51,749 bases of DNA, from NCBI GenBank assembly GCA_025922945.1, contig JAICGW010000003.1:1-51749 (forward strand), in the 5' to 3' direction. The stretch comes from Acidimicrobiia bacterium. Its GTDB lineage: Bacteria; Actinomycetota; Acidimicrobiia; Spongiisociales; ZC4RG35. The notes beneath the pieces were generated by a model, which was given only the letters and a program-made list of their open reading frames with translations, was not told where the DNA came from and made no database searches. The position numbers and the translations under genes are program-made. Of the stretch, positions 26,718 to 37,324 are shown piece after piece (position 1 is the first letter of the stretch; every line of letters starts with the position of its first letter).

Positions 26718-27587
26718 CTAGGACAGGAGGACGATGGTTGCCCCAGTCAGGACGAACAGCACACCGGCGAAAAAGCGCGGGTTCATTCGCTCGAAGGGTT
26801 GGTGGAACATCATCGGCACCAGGGCGATGACGAAGATCACCGATAGTTGCTGGATGGTGATGGCGATGGCAATGGTGGTGAGATCAAACGACAACCATTG
26901 GGATGAGACGGCGATGGCGCCGCATAAACCAGCGAATGCAATCCAGCGGATGGCGGTGATCGGCATCGGCATCCCCCATCTGCCGGTGACGGTGAGCAGC
27001 AATGCATAGACGACCACGCTGGAGGCGAGACCGATGGTCAGGCCCTCCACCGGGTGATCGAATCTCTCCAGACCGAATCGAATCAAGATCGGTGTGGATC
27101 CCCAGATCAACGCCACGCCTAGCGCGAACCAGGGCCGGCGCCATTCGACGGATCCCGAAACTCGTCCGCTCAGCGAGATCAGCGCCACCCCGATCACGGC
27201 GAGTACCACGCCACCGGCGATCGTCGGCGTGAGGGGCTCGTCGAGAGCGATCGCCGCCACCAGGGTGCCGATGATCGGAGCTGCCGAGACGAGGGCGCCG
27301 GTGCGGGCCACTCCGATGGTCTGCTGGCTGAGAGCGAGCAGGGTCCATCCCCCCACGAAATGGAACAGAGTGGTCACCCCGAAAATCAGGACAGCCGACA
27401 GCGGCGCCGTGAAGAGCAGTCCGAAGTCGCCGAGGAGCGCCGCTCGGAGCAACAACACGATCTCGACCGCCACCAGGAGTCCGAAGGCGGTTCGGTAAGC
27501 ATCGACAAGTTGATTCGCTTTTCGGTTGGAGACCTGGAGAAAGCCGAATCCGATCGCCGCCACCAGGGCCCAGAGGGGCCCCGTCAA
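26718..27587 (-). CDS. DMT/EamA family transporter
   Basis: About 10 TM helices in two EamA-like halves; TTGA overlap with the LLM gene. Confidence 0.85.
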   Translation of the reverse strand: MTGPLWALVAAIGFGFLQVSNRKANQLVDAYRTAFGLLVAVEIVLLLRAALLGDFGLLFTAPLSAVLIFGVTTLFHFVGGWTLLALSQQTIGVARTGALVSAAPIIGTLVAAIALDEPLTPTIAGGVVLAVIGVALISLSGRVSGSVEWRRPWFALGVALIWGSTPILIRFGLERFDHPVEGLTIGLASSVVVYALLLTVTGRWGMPMPITAIRWIAFAGLCGAIAVSSQWLSFDLTTIAIAITIQQLSVIFVIALVPMMFHQPFERMNPRFFAGVLFVLTGATIVLLS

Positions 27588-28432
27588 TCGACGCCGCTCA
27601 ATGCTCCGGCAAGAGCTTCGACGGTGCCCCCATCGTGGACCCCGGTGAGTCCGAGGATCACCACATCGATCCCGGCATCGAACATGGTTGCCGCTCGTGA
27701 TGCAACCTCGGCCGGGTCGGGGTTGGGAGCGACCGACAGGTGGCTCGAACACGAGATCTCGCGGGGATCGCGTCCCACGTCCTGGCAATGGCGCCACAGA
27801 ACCTCTCGAAGGCGGAGCCATTCGCTCTTTTCATCCTCGATAAAGAGAGCGTCCCACATCGAGGCGAAGCGGGCGGCGAGACGAAGCGTTCGCTTTTCCC
27901 CTCTGCCTCCGATCACAATCGGCGGGCGAGGCCGTTGGACGGGCTTGGGCTCATTGCGGGCATCGCTGAGCTGATAGAAGCGACCATCGAAGCTTGATTT
28001 CTCCTCGGTCAGCAAGAGGTGGATGACCTCGGTGCCCTCTTCGAACCGTGTCATCCTTTGATCAACGGTGCCGAGGTCCAACCCGTAGGCGTCGGCCTCC
28101 AATTCGTACCAGCCGGCGCCGAGACCGATCTCGAGACGGCCCGCCGAGAGAATGTCAAGCGATGAGGCCATTGATGCCAGGACGGCAGGATGCCGGAAAT
28201 GCATGCCGTTGACCATGGTCCCTACTCGAATCCGATTAGTCGCCTGAGAAAGGGCGGACAGGGTCACCCACGCTTCGAGGCAGGGCCCATCGGTGTCGCC
28301 CCGGATCGGGTAGAAGTGGTCGAAGTTCCAGGCCGATTCGAAGAGGTCGATACTGTCGGCCGCTTGCCACACCTCCAGCATCCGATCCCAGGTGGTGTGA
28401 TGGGTGGGGGTCTTGACTGCGAAACGGGCCAT
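27584..28432 (-). CDS. LLM class, probably F420-dependent, oxidoreductase
   Basis: WNFDHFYP, LEAWVTL, RHPAVLA, GLGAGW, PKPVQRPRPPIVIGGRGEKRTL. Confidence 0.9.
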   Translation of the reverse strand: MARFAVKTPTHHTTWDRMLEVWQAADSIDLFESAWNFDHFYPIRGDTDGPCLEAWVTLSALSQATNRIRVGTMVNGMHFRHPAVLASMASSLDILSAGRLEIGLGAGWYELEADAYGLDLGTVDQRMTRFEEGTEVIHLLLTEEKSSFDGRFYQLSDARNEPKPVQRPRPPIVIGGRGEKRTLRLAARFASMWDALFIEDEKSEWLRLREVLWRHCQDVGRDPREISCSSHLSVAPNPDPAEVASRAATMFDAGIDVVILGLTGVHDGGTVEALAGALSGVD

Positions 28433-28434
28433 TG

Positions 28435-29286
28435 TCAAACCACGGGGTTGGTGAGGGTGCCGATCGGATCGATGGTGATTTCGACGACGTCCCCGGGACG
28501 GAGATAGCGGGGGGGATCAAATCCCGCCCCCACCCCGGGAGGGGTGCCGGTGGCAATCACATCCCCGCTCTCCAGGGTCATCACCGACGAGAGCGTGGCG
28601 ATCAGGCTGGGAATGTCGAAGATCAGGTCGGCGAGAGATCCTCTCTGTCGGACCTCGCCGTTCACCGACGTGCGAATGGCGAGTTGACGAACGTCGCCGA
28701 TTTCGTCGGTGCTGACTATGCAGGGTCCCATAGGACAGAACGTGTCGGGAGCCTTCCCGGTCAACCATTGCCCATGTCGCTTCTGCAGGTCTCGAGCGGT
28801 GACATCGTTGACGATGGTGTAGCCGAAGACGTGGCTCATGGCGTCCTCGGGCTGAATCCTCTTGCCGTTCTTGCCGATGACGACCGCGAGCTCGCCCTCA
28901 TAGTCCGTGGTCGAGCTGGGATCGTTGCTGGTGTCGATGCTCTCACCCGGGCCGATCACCGCAGTCGGCGGCTTGCTGAAGACGATCGGGAACGCGGGCG
29001 GCGGCTCCGCCTTGGCATCTGCACCCGGCAGTTCCCGTACGTGTTCGAGGTAGTTCTTCCCGATTGCGAACACGTTCTTTCGGGGGCGAAGCGGCGCAAG
29101 GAGGGTGACGTCGGCCAACGGCACCCGGGTCCCATCGAGGGCAGATCGGGATAGGCCCATGACCAGGTCGATCAGCGCCGCGGTGTCGTCCGGCGCGTCG
29201 AGGCTCGCCGAAACATCGAGGACATGACCGTCTTCCAGCAACCCCGACCGAGGGCCATCTTTCCCGAGATACCTCACCAATCGCAA
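28435..29286 (-). CDS. Fumarylacetoacetate hydrolase family protein
   Basis: IGKNYLEH, DYEGEL, NDVTARD, GKAPDTFCPMGP, TGTPPGVG. Confidence 0.92.
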   Translation of the reverse strand: MRLVRYLGKDGPRSGLLEDGHVLDVSASLDAPDDTAALIDLVMGLSRSALDGTRVPLADVTLLAPLRPRKNVFAIGKNYLEHVRELPGADAKAEPPPAFPIVFSKPPTAVIGPGESIDTSNDPSSTTDYEGELAVVIGKNGKRIQPEDAMSHVFGYTIVNDVTARDLQKRHGQWLTGKAPDTFCPMGPCIVSTDEIGDVRQLAIRTSVNGEVRQRGSLADLIFDIPSLIATLSSVMTLESGDVIATGTPPGVGAGFDPPRYLRPGDVVEITIDPIGTLTNPVV

Positions 29287-29369
29287 AGCGATCCTCCTTG
29301 GGCACGACGGACCGGCGATAGTCGGCTTCTTTGCGGCCCGCGGGGCGATGCTATATCGTGCGAAGGCGG

Positions 29370-29389
29370 TTAAGCAATCGATTGCCTAA
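29370..29389. promoter_or_regulatory. LacI-type operator palindrome
   Basis: TTAAGCAATCGATTGCCTAA (one mismatch) between the divergent FAH and ABC ATPase genes. Confidence 0.7.
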
Positions 29390-29407
29390 CACGCTCAGGA
29401 GGACCGG

Positions 29408-29455
29408 ATGGCACCGCGGCTTTCGACCGGATCGATGGAATACTGGTCGGCGTGA
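29408..29455 (+). CDS. Putative 15-aa leader [18 protein letters not shown]
   Basis: AGGAGGA just upstream of the ATG; its TGA overlaps GTG 29452 of the ATPase. Confidence 0.35.
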   Translation: MAPRLSTGSMEYWSA

Positions 29456-30726
29456 CCTGGGGTAGGCGGCGCGCCAGCCGAACAGCGGGCGCGGTGGGGA
29501 ATATCACGTATGCCTCTGAAATCCCCGCCTCCCGGCAACCTCAGGCCGGGTCAGGAACGCGGCCTCTTGTTGCCTCGGTCAACGATCTGAAGGTTCATTT
29601 TCAGACCAAAGCAGGGATGATCCACGCCGTTGACGGTGTCTCCTTCGAGATCCGGGATGGGGAGACTCTTGGATTGGTAGGGGAGACGGGTTGTGGCAAG
29701 AGCGTTACGGCGCGCTCGTTCATCCGGCTGGTCCCCACCCCGCCGGGGGTCTACGCCGGAGGTCAGGTCCTTTTCTGGTCTTCAGACGCCCGCCGAGAGG
29801 GGAGGGGGCCGATTGACCTTCTGACGATCCCAAAAGACGAGATGCTGGATATCCGCGGCGACCGTATCGCCATGATTTTCCAAGATCCCGGCAAGGCGCT
29901 TAACCCCGCACTCTCGATTCGGAACCAGATCGCCGAGGTCTTTTACCAGCACCGCTCCGAGGAGATCCTGCATTCTCTCGGCCCGTGGGCTCCACGCCTG
30001 ATTCGTCGCGCGGCACGGCAGGAGTCCAGCGGTTTCGAGAGATTTCTCCTAACCCTCCCTCCCTTTCGCTCCCGGGCGGAGAAGCTCCGGGAGAAGGTCG
30101 ACCAGCTCGTGGGCCATGCATTGAGCGAAGTTCAAATCGCCAATCCACGCAAGATCATGGAGAGCTACCCCCATGAGCTATCGGGGGGTATGAAACAGCG
30201 CGTTCTCATCGCACAGGCGCTGGCATGCAATCCCGACCTCCTCATCGCCGATGAGCCCACCACGGCCCTCGACGTCACCATTCAGGCCCGGATTCTCGAG
30301 CTGATCGCAGAATTGCAAGAACGACTCGAAACCTCCGTTCTCTACATCAGCCACGACCTGTCCCTGGTTAAAGAGATCTGCGATCGAGTGGCGGTCATGT
30401 ACGCCGGTCGCATAGTGGAGACCGGAACTACGGACGAGGTCTTTAGCAATCCAAAGCATCCCTACACACGGGGGCTAATGGCGGCGGTTCCATCGGCTGC
30501 CCATCGACGAGGCGAGCTGGCGTCCATCGTCGGAAACGTCCCCGAGCTGCTCGATCCCGAGCCGTCTTGCCGGTTCAACACCAGGTGCCCCTACGCGGTG
30601 GAGATTTGTCGGACCGTCGATCCACGGACGATCCCAGTTGGAGAGAGTCAATCGGTCGCCTGTTTCGCATATGAGTCGGATGACACCGACGTCGTCCTCC
30701 CCCGGCTGGAAGCGTGGGTGTCGTGA
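29452..30726 (+). CDS. Peptide/nickel ABC transporter ATPase (OppD/DppD-like)
   Basis: [27 protein letters not shown]-terminal [10 protein letters not shown]; start uncertain. Confidence 0.92.
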   Translation: MTWGRRRASRTAGAVGNITYASEIPASRQPQAGSGTRPLVASVNDLKVHFQTKAGMIHAVDGVSFEIRDGETLGLVGETGCGKSVTARSFIRLVPTPPGVYAGGQVLFWSSDARREGRGPIDLLTIPKDEMLDIRGDRIAMIFQDPGKALNPALSIRNQIAEVFYQHRSEEILHSLGPWAPRLIRRAARQESSGFERFLLTLPPFRSRAEKLREKVDQLVGHALSEVQIANPRKIMESYPHELSGGMKQRVLIAQALACNPDLLIADEPTTALDVTIQARILELIAELQERLETSVLYISHDLSLVKEICDRVAVMYAGRIVETGTTDEVFSNPKHPYTRGLMAAVPSAAHRRGELASIVGNVPELLDPEPSCRFNTRCPYAVEICRTVDPRTIPVGESQSVACFAYESDDTDVVLPRLEAWVS

Positions 30727-32081
30727 CGTCGCTTCGTGCTGCCAACAAAGAGCGCGAACCGTTGACGGCCGCCCGTTCGGTGATCTCACTCCGTGGTGTC
30801 GAGAAATACTTTCCGGTTAAGGAGGGCACCCTCCAGCGGGTCGTGGGACATGTCAGGGCCGTTGACGGCGTCTCCTTCGACGTACGCCCGGGAGAGACAG
30901 TTGGTCTCGTGGGCGAGTCCGGATGCGGCAAGACAACCCTCGGTCGTTGTATCAGTGGACTAACCCAGGTGACCGGGGGAAGGATTTATTTCCGCTTGTC
31001 TGACGCGGACGCAGCCCGGCTCGACGTGATCGAAGCTATTGCCGCCTCCGAGCGAACACGAGATCAGGTACGTGAGCTCAAGCGGATCGAAGAGAACCAC
31101 CGGATCGACCAACTCGAAGGAAAGGCTTGGAAGACGTACCGCCGCAATTGTCAGGTGGTATTCCAAGACTCGTTCAGCTCGCTCAATCCCCGACAACTTG
31201 TGAAGGACATCGTCGGCCGACCGCTCCGGGTCTGGAACGAGGCCTCTGGTGAGGAACTCACCGAGCGGGTCGTCTCCCTCTTGGAAAGCGTCGGATTGAG
31301 GCGACAGCACATGTATCGCTATCCGCATCAGTTCTCCGGAGGCCAGCGGCAGAGGGTCTCGATCGCCCGCGCCCTTGCTCTCGATCCAGAGTTCATCGTC
31401 CTGGATGAGCCCACTTCGGCGCTGGATGTGTCGGTCCAGGCGCAGATCCTCAACCTCCTCTACGACTTGCAGCGCGAGCGCGGGCTCACCTATCTCTTCA
31501 TCAGCCACGACCTCGGAGTGGTGCGATTGATGAGCGATCGGATCGCCGTCATGTATCTGGGGAAGGTCGCCGAGCAAGGCACTGCCACCGAGTTGTTCGA
31601 GGATCCGCGCCACCCCTATACCGAGGCCCTGCTCGCCGCCAACCCCGACATCAAGGCGAAAGAATCCGGAATGAAAGGGTTACACGGACACGTGCCCGAT
31701 CCGGCCAGCCCCCCCGAAGGGTGCCGGTTCCACACCCGCTGCCCGGTGGTGACGCCGGTGTGCGGGTGGGAAGTCGACGACGCTGTCGCTTGGCTGCAAG
31801 ATCACGAGGCGTTGGCCGAAGGTCTCGCCGCCGTGGAACGCCGCACCAATTTCGACGCAACGCTGGTGTTCCACACGGAGGAAGCGGCGGCGTCCGCAGT
31901 CGAGGCCTTTCACAAGGGTGACGTTCCACCCGTCATGAGGTCCGCCCTCGAAGAGATGTCGACCGACGGCCGCAAGGTGAGCATCAAGTTCAGCCCGGTT
32001 CCGCCGGTAGAGCTCGAGGACATCGGCGGCGGTCGCCTCACTGCCTGCATCCTCCACACCTCCCGGGGTTTGCGGATCTAG
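30723..32081 (+). CDS. Peptide/nickel ABC transporter ATPase (OppF/DppF-like) with insertions
   Basis: [34 protein letters not shown]; GTGA overlap. Confidence 0.92.
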   Translation: MTSLRAANKEREPLTAARSVISLRGVEKYFPVKEGTLQRVVGHVRAVDGVSFDVRPGETVGLVGESGCGKTTLGRCISGLTQVTGGRIYFRLSDADAARLDVIEAIAASERTRDQVRELKRIEENHRIDQLEGKAWKTYRRNCQVVFQDSFSSLNPRQLVKDIVGRPLRVWNEASGEELTERVVSLLESVGLRRQHMYRYPHQFSGGQRQRVSIARALALDPEFIVLDEPTSALDVSVQAQILNLLYDLQRERGLTYLFISHDLGVVRLMSDRIAVMYLGKVAEQGTATELFEDPRHPYTEALLAANPDIKAKESGMKGLHGHVPDPASPPEGCRFHTRCPVVTPVCGWEVDDAVAWLQDHEALAEGLAAVERRTNFDATLVFHTEEAAASAVEAFHKGDVPPVMRSALEEMSTDGRKVSIKFSPVPPVELEDIGGGRLTACILHTSRGLRI

Positions 32082-32089
32082 CGGGGCCT

Positions 32090-32830
32090 TCAGCCGAGAG
32101 CGGACCAGAGCAGGCGAATCGCCGCGAACCCAAGCAGCACGAGAACGACGCGCTCGAACGTCTTCTGTTCGATCAGTCTCCCGATCCGAATCCCGAGCAC
32201 CGTCATGGCGGCCACGGGGACGATGGCCCATAGCGCCTGAGTGGTTCGTTCAGGGGTGAACGCCCCGAGCACTAAGAGCGTCACCAGCTGGATCAAGCCG
32301 AAGACGGTGAAGGTGAGACTCATCATGTGGATGAACGAAGCGCGGCTCAGCCGGACGCTGTGGAGGAATGTGGCGATTAGGGGCCCGGCCGTGCCGGTGG
32401 CTCCGAGCAGGCCACCACCCAGTAGCCCCATCGGAGCGGCCACCCGGCGGGCCGTTCTCTGCTCCAGCCCGAATTGGGGATCGGCGAGATGTCGCCAGAT
32501 GTAGAAGGCGATCACGAGGGCGATGACCACCGACAGGATCCGATCGTCAATCTCGGTGAGGATCCAGGTGCCAGCGATGACGGCAACAGTCCCGACGGTA
32601 AGAAACGGAATCATCACGAACCCCGTTCCCCTGGCCCCCGCTCGGTGCTCCCAGAGGAGCCACCCGTTGGAGACCATGTTCGCCAGAGATAGAACGACGA
32701 CGGCGTACTCGACGCTCGTGAAAGCAGCAATGAACGGCACGGCCACCAACGGACCACCCATCCCCGCGACCCCCTTGACCACGTAGGCGACGGCGATCAC
32801 CGCCAGCACCAGAGCGAACTCGGCCGTCAC
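32090..32830 (-). CDS. TauE/SafE family (sulfite exporter-like) membrane protein
   Basis: VKGVAGMGG..VP and GATGTAGP; about 8 TM helices. Confidence 0.85.
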   Translation of the reverse strand: MTAEFALVLAVIAVAYVVKGVAGMGGPLVAVPFIAAFTSVEYAVVVLSLANMVSNGWLLWEHRAGARGTGFVMIPFLTVGTVAVIAGTWILTEIDDRILSVVIALVIAFYIWRHLADPQFGLEQRTARRVAAPMGLLGGGLLGATGTAGPLIATFLHSVRLSRASFIHMMSLTFTVFGLIQLVTLLVLGAFTPERTTQALWAIVPVAAMTVLGIRIGRLIEQKTFERVVLVLLGFAAIRLLWSALG

Positions 32831-32837
32831 TGCTCGT

Positions 32838-33314
32838 CTAGGAGTTGGTCAGATCCGGAGGGTTGAGCGCCAGCGCTCTGAGCAGGCCCAGCTCGTCCCC
32901 GAAGTACCAGGCCTCGGCGATCAGTCCTTCCCTCACCCGCCAGAGGCCAACCTCGATGACATCGATGTGCCGACCCGTCTTCGGGATCCCATAAAGCGAG
33001 CCGGTGTGTGTGCCAACCACACGGAAGATCCCCCAGACCTTGTCGTTCTTGGCCGTCAGATCGAGAAGGACGTTCTCGCGATCGCGCATCGAATCGTCGT
33101 TCATTCCCCCCGGCCCCTCATGGGCCCACAACTCTCCGATGTGAGTGAACCCTGCTCGATGTCGCTTGAAGTCAGGGGCCAGGTAGGGGGCCCTTTCAGA
33201 CACTTTTGCGACCCGATAGGCGGCCACCACCGCGAGCGCCTCCGCCTCCTGCTCGGTGCAAGTGCACGCGGTCGACCCGAATAACGAGATATGGGGATGC
33301 TCGACCAGGGACAC
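32838..33314 (-). CDS. SnoaL/ester cyclase (NTF2-like) protein
   Basis: GTHTGSLYGIPKTGR and GLIAEAW..DELGLL. Confidence 0.82.
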   Translation of the reverse strand: MSLVEHPHISLFGSTACTCTEQEAEALAVVAAYRVAKVSERAPYLAPDFKRHRAGFTHIGELWAHEGPGGMNDDSMRDRENVLLDLTAKNDKVWGIFRVVGTHTGSLYGIPKTGRHIDVIEVGLWRVREGLIAEAWYFGDELGLLRALALNPPDLTNS

Positions 33315-33316
33315 TG

Positions 33317-34369
33317 TCAGATTTCCACGATGGGTCGGACCGCATCACGGGACTCGAGGGCGGCGAGCGCCTCGCCAACTGCCTCCAGGGGATAGACCTG
33401 GGTGATGAGTGGGCTCACGTCTACCTTGCCCGAGCGCATCAGGGCGATCATCGCCGGATAGGCATTCGGGCTGGACCGGATCCCCATGACATCGATCTCG
33501 TCGAGGGTGAGACGGTCGACGTCGATCTCCGACCGTTTTCCCCCGGTCAGCCCGAGGATTGCGGCCCTGCCTCCCCGTCGGAGAGCTCCAATCGCCTGGG
33601 CCGGTACATTGGGATTGCCTGTGCAATCGAAGACGTAGTCCACTCCCCGCCCGGCGGTGAGTCGCTTGACCGCAGCAACGGGATCCTCTTTCTCGTAGTC
33701 GACGACCTCATCGCAGCCCATCTTGAGGGCCAGGTCGAGACGGCTTCCCCGCCCGACCATGATGATCCGGGCCGCCCCGGAGGCCGAGGCCACCGCTGCG
33801 GTGAGTAGACCGAGGAGTCCCGGGCCGAACACCGCCGCCGTCGATCCGGGAAGGAACTCGACCCGGCGCAGGGCGTGGACACCGAGCGATCCCTGGTTGA
33901 CCAATGCCCCTTCCAGCGGTCCAATCGACTCGGGGAGCTTGTGCAGCATCTGCGCCGGACGCACGGCGTATTCGGCCAAAGCTCCAGGTGCGGTGTGCCC
34001 GTAGAGGCGGTAGCCGGGAGTGCCCGCCTTCTCACAGAGGTTGTAGCGGCCCCGCCGGCACATCGGGCAACGGCCGCATCCGACGTGGTTTTCCGCCACC
34101 ACCTTGTCGCCAGGCTGGAGCTCGAGGTCGTCGAGTCCCTCACCGAGGGCGACCACCTCGCCCGACCATTCGTGACCAATTACGAACGGAAGCTTTGGTG
34201 GCCAGCCCCGCTCCTGAAAAGCGCCGCTCACCATCTTGAGGTCGGTCCCGCAGAGTCCGCAGGCTCTGACCCTCAGCAGAACCTCACCCGGGGCGGGGTC
34301 AGGAATGGGTATTTGCTCGACGGCAAGGTCGTTCCATTTCCGTAATACCGCCGCGCGCATCGTGGTCAT
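33317..34369 (-). CDS. Zn-dependent medium-chain dehydrogenase (sorbitol/threonine dehydrogenase-like)
   Basis: CGTD, GHEWSG, CGRCPMC..NLC, GPGLLG. Confidence 0.92.
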   Translation of the reverse strand: MTTMRAAVLRKWNDLAVEQIPIPDPAPGEVLLRVRACGLCGTDLKMVSGAFQERGWPPKLPFVIGHEWSGEVVALGEGLDDLELQPGDKVVAENHVGCGRCPMCRRGRYNLCEKAGTPGYRLYGHTAPGALAEYAVRPAQMLHKLPESIGPLEGALVNQGSLGVHALRRVEFLPGSTAAVFGPGLLGLLTAAVASASGAARIIMVGRGSRLDLALKMGCDEVVDYEKEDPVAAVKRLTAGRGVDYVFDCTGNPNVPAQAIGALRRGGRAAILGLTGGKRSEIDVDRLTLDEIDVMGIRSSPNAYPAMIALMRSGKVDVSPLITQVYPLEAVGEALAALESRDAVRPIVEI

Positions 34370-35154
34370 CGCGAGGAAGGATGATCGTCGTCGGGCGCGC
34401 GCTCCGCCAGACTCTTCCAGACCTCTTCCACCGCGCTCACGATGTGATCGGCGACCGCGTCGATGATTTCGCGAGACCGCTCCTCCGGGACTGCGCTGGG
34501 CGTGCCGTACCAGCCGGTGGCGGCAACTTCCCGGAAGTCCTTCATGACCGGGAAGACATCGCGCCTCCGGAATATGGCGTGGCCGTCGCTTCCTGATTCG
34601 ACCAGATCGCCTTCGGTGCGCTGGTCCAGCCGAACGAGGGAAGGGTCGTAAGCGAAGATCGCCGCGGTCTCCATTGAGCCAGCGTGGGTGAACTCCATCT
34701 CCTCGGGGAAGAGTCCGTTGGTGATGATGTGTGCCTCGGCGACGATGACCCTGACCGGCAGTTGCGCTTGGATCTGGTCGGCTGCGATCCGTATCGAAGC
34801 GGTGTTGCCTTCATGCCAGTTGACCACAACGACCCGCTCCACGCCGGCCGCCGACAGACCCTGGCAGACATCGAGCATGAGCGAGCCCAGGGTCTCGGGG
34901 CGGAGGGACAAGGATCCTGCCCAGGGCATGTGATAAGGGGCAACCCCGACCGGGGATACGGGTAAGACCGGGGCCTCGAGGCGGTGTCCAACTCTGACGG
35001 CGATGGTGAGGGCGGCGAAGGCATCGGTGCCGAGGGGCAAATGAGAGCCGTGCTGCTCGACGCTGCCGGTGACCAAGACGGCGGTGCCTCGTCCTAGCGC
35101 CTTCTGTGCCTGGGGCTGGGTCATGTTGGCGAGGAGCATCTCTTCGAAGTCCAT
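34366..35154 (-). CDS. Creatininase family amidohydrolase
   Basis: GSVEQHGSHLPLGTD, NWHEGN, HAGSMET; RBS GGAGG before ATG 35154. Confidence 0.9.
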   Translation of the reverse strand: MDFEEMLLANMTQPQAQKALGRGTAVLVTGSVEQHGSHLPLGTDAFAALTIAVRVGHRLEAPVLPVSPVGVAPYHMPWAGSLSLRPETLGSLMLDVCQGLSAAGVERVVVVNWHEGNTASIRIAADQIQAQLPVRVIVAEAHIITNGLFPEEMEFTHAGSMETAAIFAYDPSLVRLDQRTEGDLVESGSDGHAIFRRRDVFPVMKDFREVAATGWYGTPSAVPEERSREIIDAVADHIVSAVEEVWKSLAERAPDDDHPSSR

Positions 35155-35178
35155 CGTTTTCCTCCGCCCATCCAGGCT

Positions 35179-35194
35179 GCGCAAACGGTTGTCC
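35179..35194. promoter_or_regulatory. Putative LacI-type operator
   Basis: GCGCAAACGGTTGTCC upstream of the creatininase operon. Confidence 0.6.
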
Positions 35195-35232
35195 AACGGA
35201 GAGCCTAACCCTCGGGAAAGCGGCTGTCAGCT

Positions 35233-36273
35233 TCAGACTGGGGCCGTGGAGCCCCTGACCACTAATCGGGCAGACACCAGCTGGGTCTCCGGGGCTCTTT
35301 GCGGCTCGGCAATCGTTTCGAGGAGTAGGCGGGCCGTCCGCGCCCCGAGTTCGGATTGGGAAATCCGGACGGTGGTTAGCGGAGGCGAGAACCGATCCGC
35401 ATAGGGCATGTCGTTGAAGCCGACGACGGAGACATCGTCCGGGCAGGACCGGCCGGTGGCACGGATGGCATCGATTGCCCCCAGCGCGAGCCGGTCGTTG
35501 GCGGCAAGGACAGCAGTGGTGTCGGGGCGCTGTTCGAGCAAGGTGCCTGTGACCCGATACCCCTCTTCCTCGGTCTGACGATGCGTGAACTCATAGCTTC
35601 CGGTTAGGTCGGCGGCATGTAGCGTCTCCTCGAAGGCTTGGAGCCGGTTCACGGTGGATGACACGTCTTCAGGCCCGCCGACGTGGACGATCTTCGTGTG
35701 ACCGAGCGCGATGAGGTGTTCGACCGCCATCCTGGTGCCGCCGTGGTCATCGGGCAGGACCGCGCTTATCCCTAGGTCGCCCGCCGCCCGGTTGAACAGG
35801 ACCACCGGGATCTCCTCTTCGATGATGCCGGCCAAAACGGCGTCGGGGCCACGGGCGACCCCATACATCAGGCCCTCTGCCTGGACGCCGAGCATGGCGG
35901 AGACTTGGGACTGGGCATGGGCCGGGTCGTCATCGGTACTGGCCAAGATCAGGGAGTAGCCCTTCTCGTAGAAGACGTCGCCCGCCCCTCTGGTGATTTC
36001 CGCCTGGTACAGGTTGGCCACATCCGGAACCACCATCCCCACCACGAGGGTGCGACCCGTTCGGAGGGCTCGAGCAATGGTGTTGCGGCGATAACCGAGC
36101 CTGCGGGCGACTTCCCTAATCCGCTCTTCCGTGTCCTGGGTGATCCGACCTGTCGCGGCCTGGTCATTGAGGACACGAGACACCGTCGAGACGTGAACGC
36201 CTGCCTCCCGTGCGACGTCGCGCAGAGTGGGCGATCTCGAGGCTCGGGTGTCGCCGTTTCCGGGCGCGGTCAC
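35233..36273 (-). CDS. LacI family transcriptional regulator
   Basis: TLRDVAREAGVHVSTVSRVLN, LGYRRNTIARAL, SVVGFND, PPLTTV, LVVRGST. Confidence 0.95.
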   Translation of the reverse strand: MTAPGNGDTRASRSPTLRDVAREAGVHVSTVSRVLNDQAATGRITQDTEERIREVARRLGYRRNTIARALRTGRTLVVGMVVPDVANLYQAEITRGAGDVFYEKGYSLILASTDDDPAHAQSQVSAMLGVQAEGLMYGVARGPDAVLAGIIEEEIPVVLFNRAAGDLGISAVLPDDHGGTRMAVEHLIALGHTKIVHVGGPEDVSSTVNRLQAFEETLHAADLTGSYEFTHRQTEEEGYRVTGTLLEQRPDTTAVLAANDRLALGAIDAIRATGRSCPDDVSVVGFNDMPYADRFSPPLTTVRISQSELGARTARLLLETIAEPQRAPETQLVSARLVVRGSTAPV

Positions 36274-37157
36274 GAGAGACGGGCCACGCGAAATAGCTGG
36301 AGGGGAGTCTCAAGGCCTTTCAGCGCGTGAGATCCCCGGTCCTCGAAGCCGAGGCCGGTCCCTTCCGCCAGGGCCCGCGTGACGGCCGATGTGAGAACTT
36401 CTGAGGGCTGAGCAGCTGCCATGATTCTCGCCGCCGCGTGTACCGCGATTCCCCGCACGTCGTCGGATAGAACCTCGACCTCGCCGGTGTGGACCCCGCC
36501 GCGAATTTCGATGCCAAGGTCGCGGATGGCATCTCGTGTCGCCAGCGCGCATCGCAGGGCAGACTCGGCGCTTTCAAAGATCGCCAAGAAGCCATCGCCA
36601 GTGGTCTTGATCTCACGGCCATGAAAGCGCTCGATTTGCCGCCGTACGGCCCGGTTGTGGTCGCCCAGGCGCTGCTTCCAAGCCGCGTCGCCGACCTCGG
36701 TGGCCATCTTGGTCGAGCCGACGATATCGGTCATCAGCAGGGTCGCGACGGCGCGGGCCCGCGAAGTCGGAAGGCCGAAGTCGGTGACATTGCCTGAGAT
36801 GTCAAGAAGGACGGCGGGCTCGTCACCGACCACCCAGGCATCGTGGCCGGGCGGGATGTCCATGACGTCGCTGGGGGAGAATTCGTACACCTCACCGTCG
36901 GCCATCTCGAAGGCAATTCGTCCGGCGATCAGCACGTGAAGATGGTGAAGCTGGCAGAGCTCGGTTCCGACTGCACTCTTGAGATCGGTTGACCAGCGCC
37001 AGCCCGGCTCGAGTATCGCGCGACCAATTGCCAGCGGCCCGATGTCGACCAATGTGCCAATCCCGTTCGGGAAATGACGGGTCTCATCAGGTCGGTCGAG
37101 GCTCTTCCAGCGGATCAATCGAACGCGGGAGCCGTCCTCGCGGGGTGCTCCACTCAA
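36270..37157 (-). CDS. Cupin-class III adenylate cyclase fusion protein
   Basis: N-terminal cupin (LEPGWRWS, CQLHH, IPPGHDAWVVG); C-terminal TDIVGST, KTTGDGF, GIAVHAAARI, LKG. Confidence 0.87.
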   Translation of the reverse strand: MSGAPREDGSRVRLIRWKSLDRPDETRHFPNGIGTLVDIGPLAIGRAILEPGWRWSTDLKSAVGTELCQLHHLHVLIAGRIAFEMADGEVYEFSPSDVMDIPPGHDAWVVGDEPAVLLDISGNVTDFGLPTSRARAVATLLMTDIVGSTKMATEVGDAAWKQRLGDHNRAVRRQIERFHGREIKTTGDGFLAIFESAESALRCALATRDAIRDLGIEIRGGVHTGEVEVLSDDVRGIAVHAAARIMAAAQPSEVLTSAVTRALAEGTGLGFEDRGSHALKGLETPLQLFRVARLS

Positions 37158-37324
37158 GGTCGCTCGATTCTATGGGCCTGGTGGCGACGTGATCGGTAGG
37201 GCCATCAGGCGCTGGTGATGTAGCGGGGGAGAAACCGGGACCAGATTTGGGCTCACAGGTTCGTCCGAAAGACTCCACCCTGGTACAAACTTTCGTTCAG
37301 CTCTCATCGGAGACGAAAGCACTC

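Noticed and set aside
27584-35154. Mycofactocin or other RiPP cluster (creatininase, LLM, dehydrogenase)
   Set aside because: No radical SAM enzyme, RRE chaperone or MftA-like precursor in the window.
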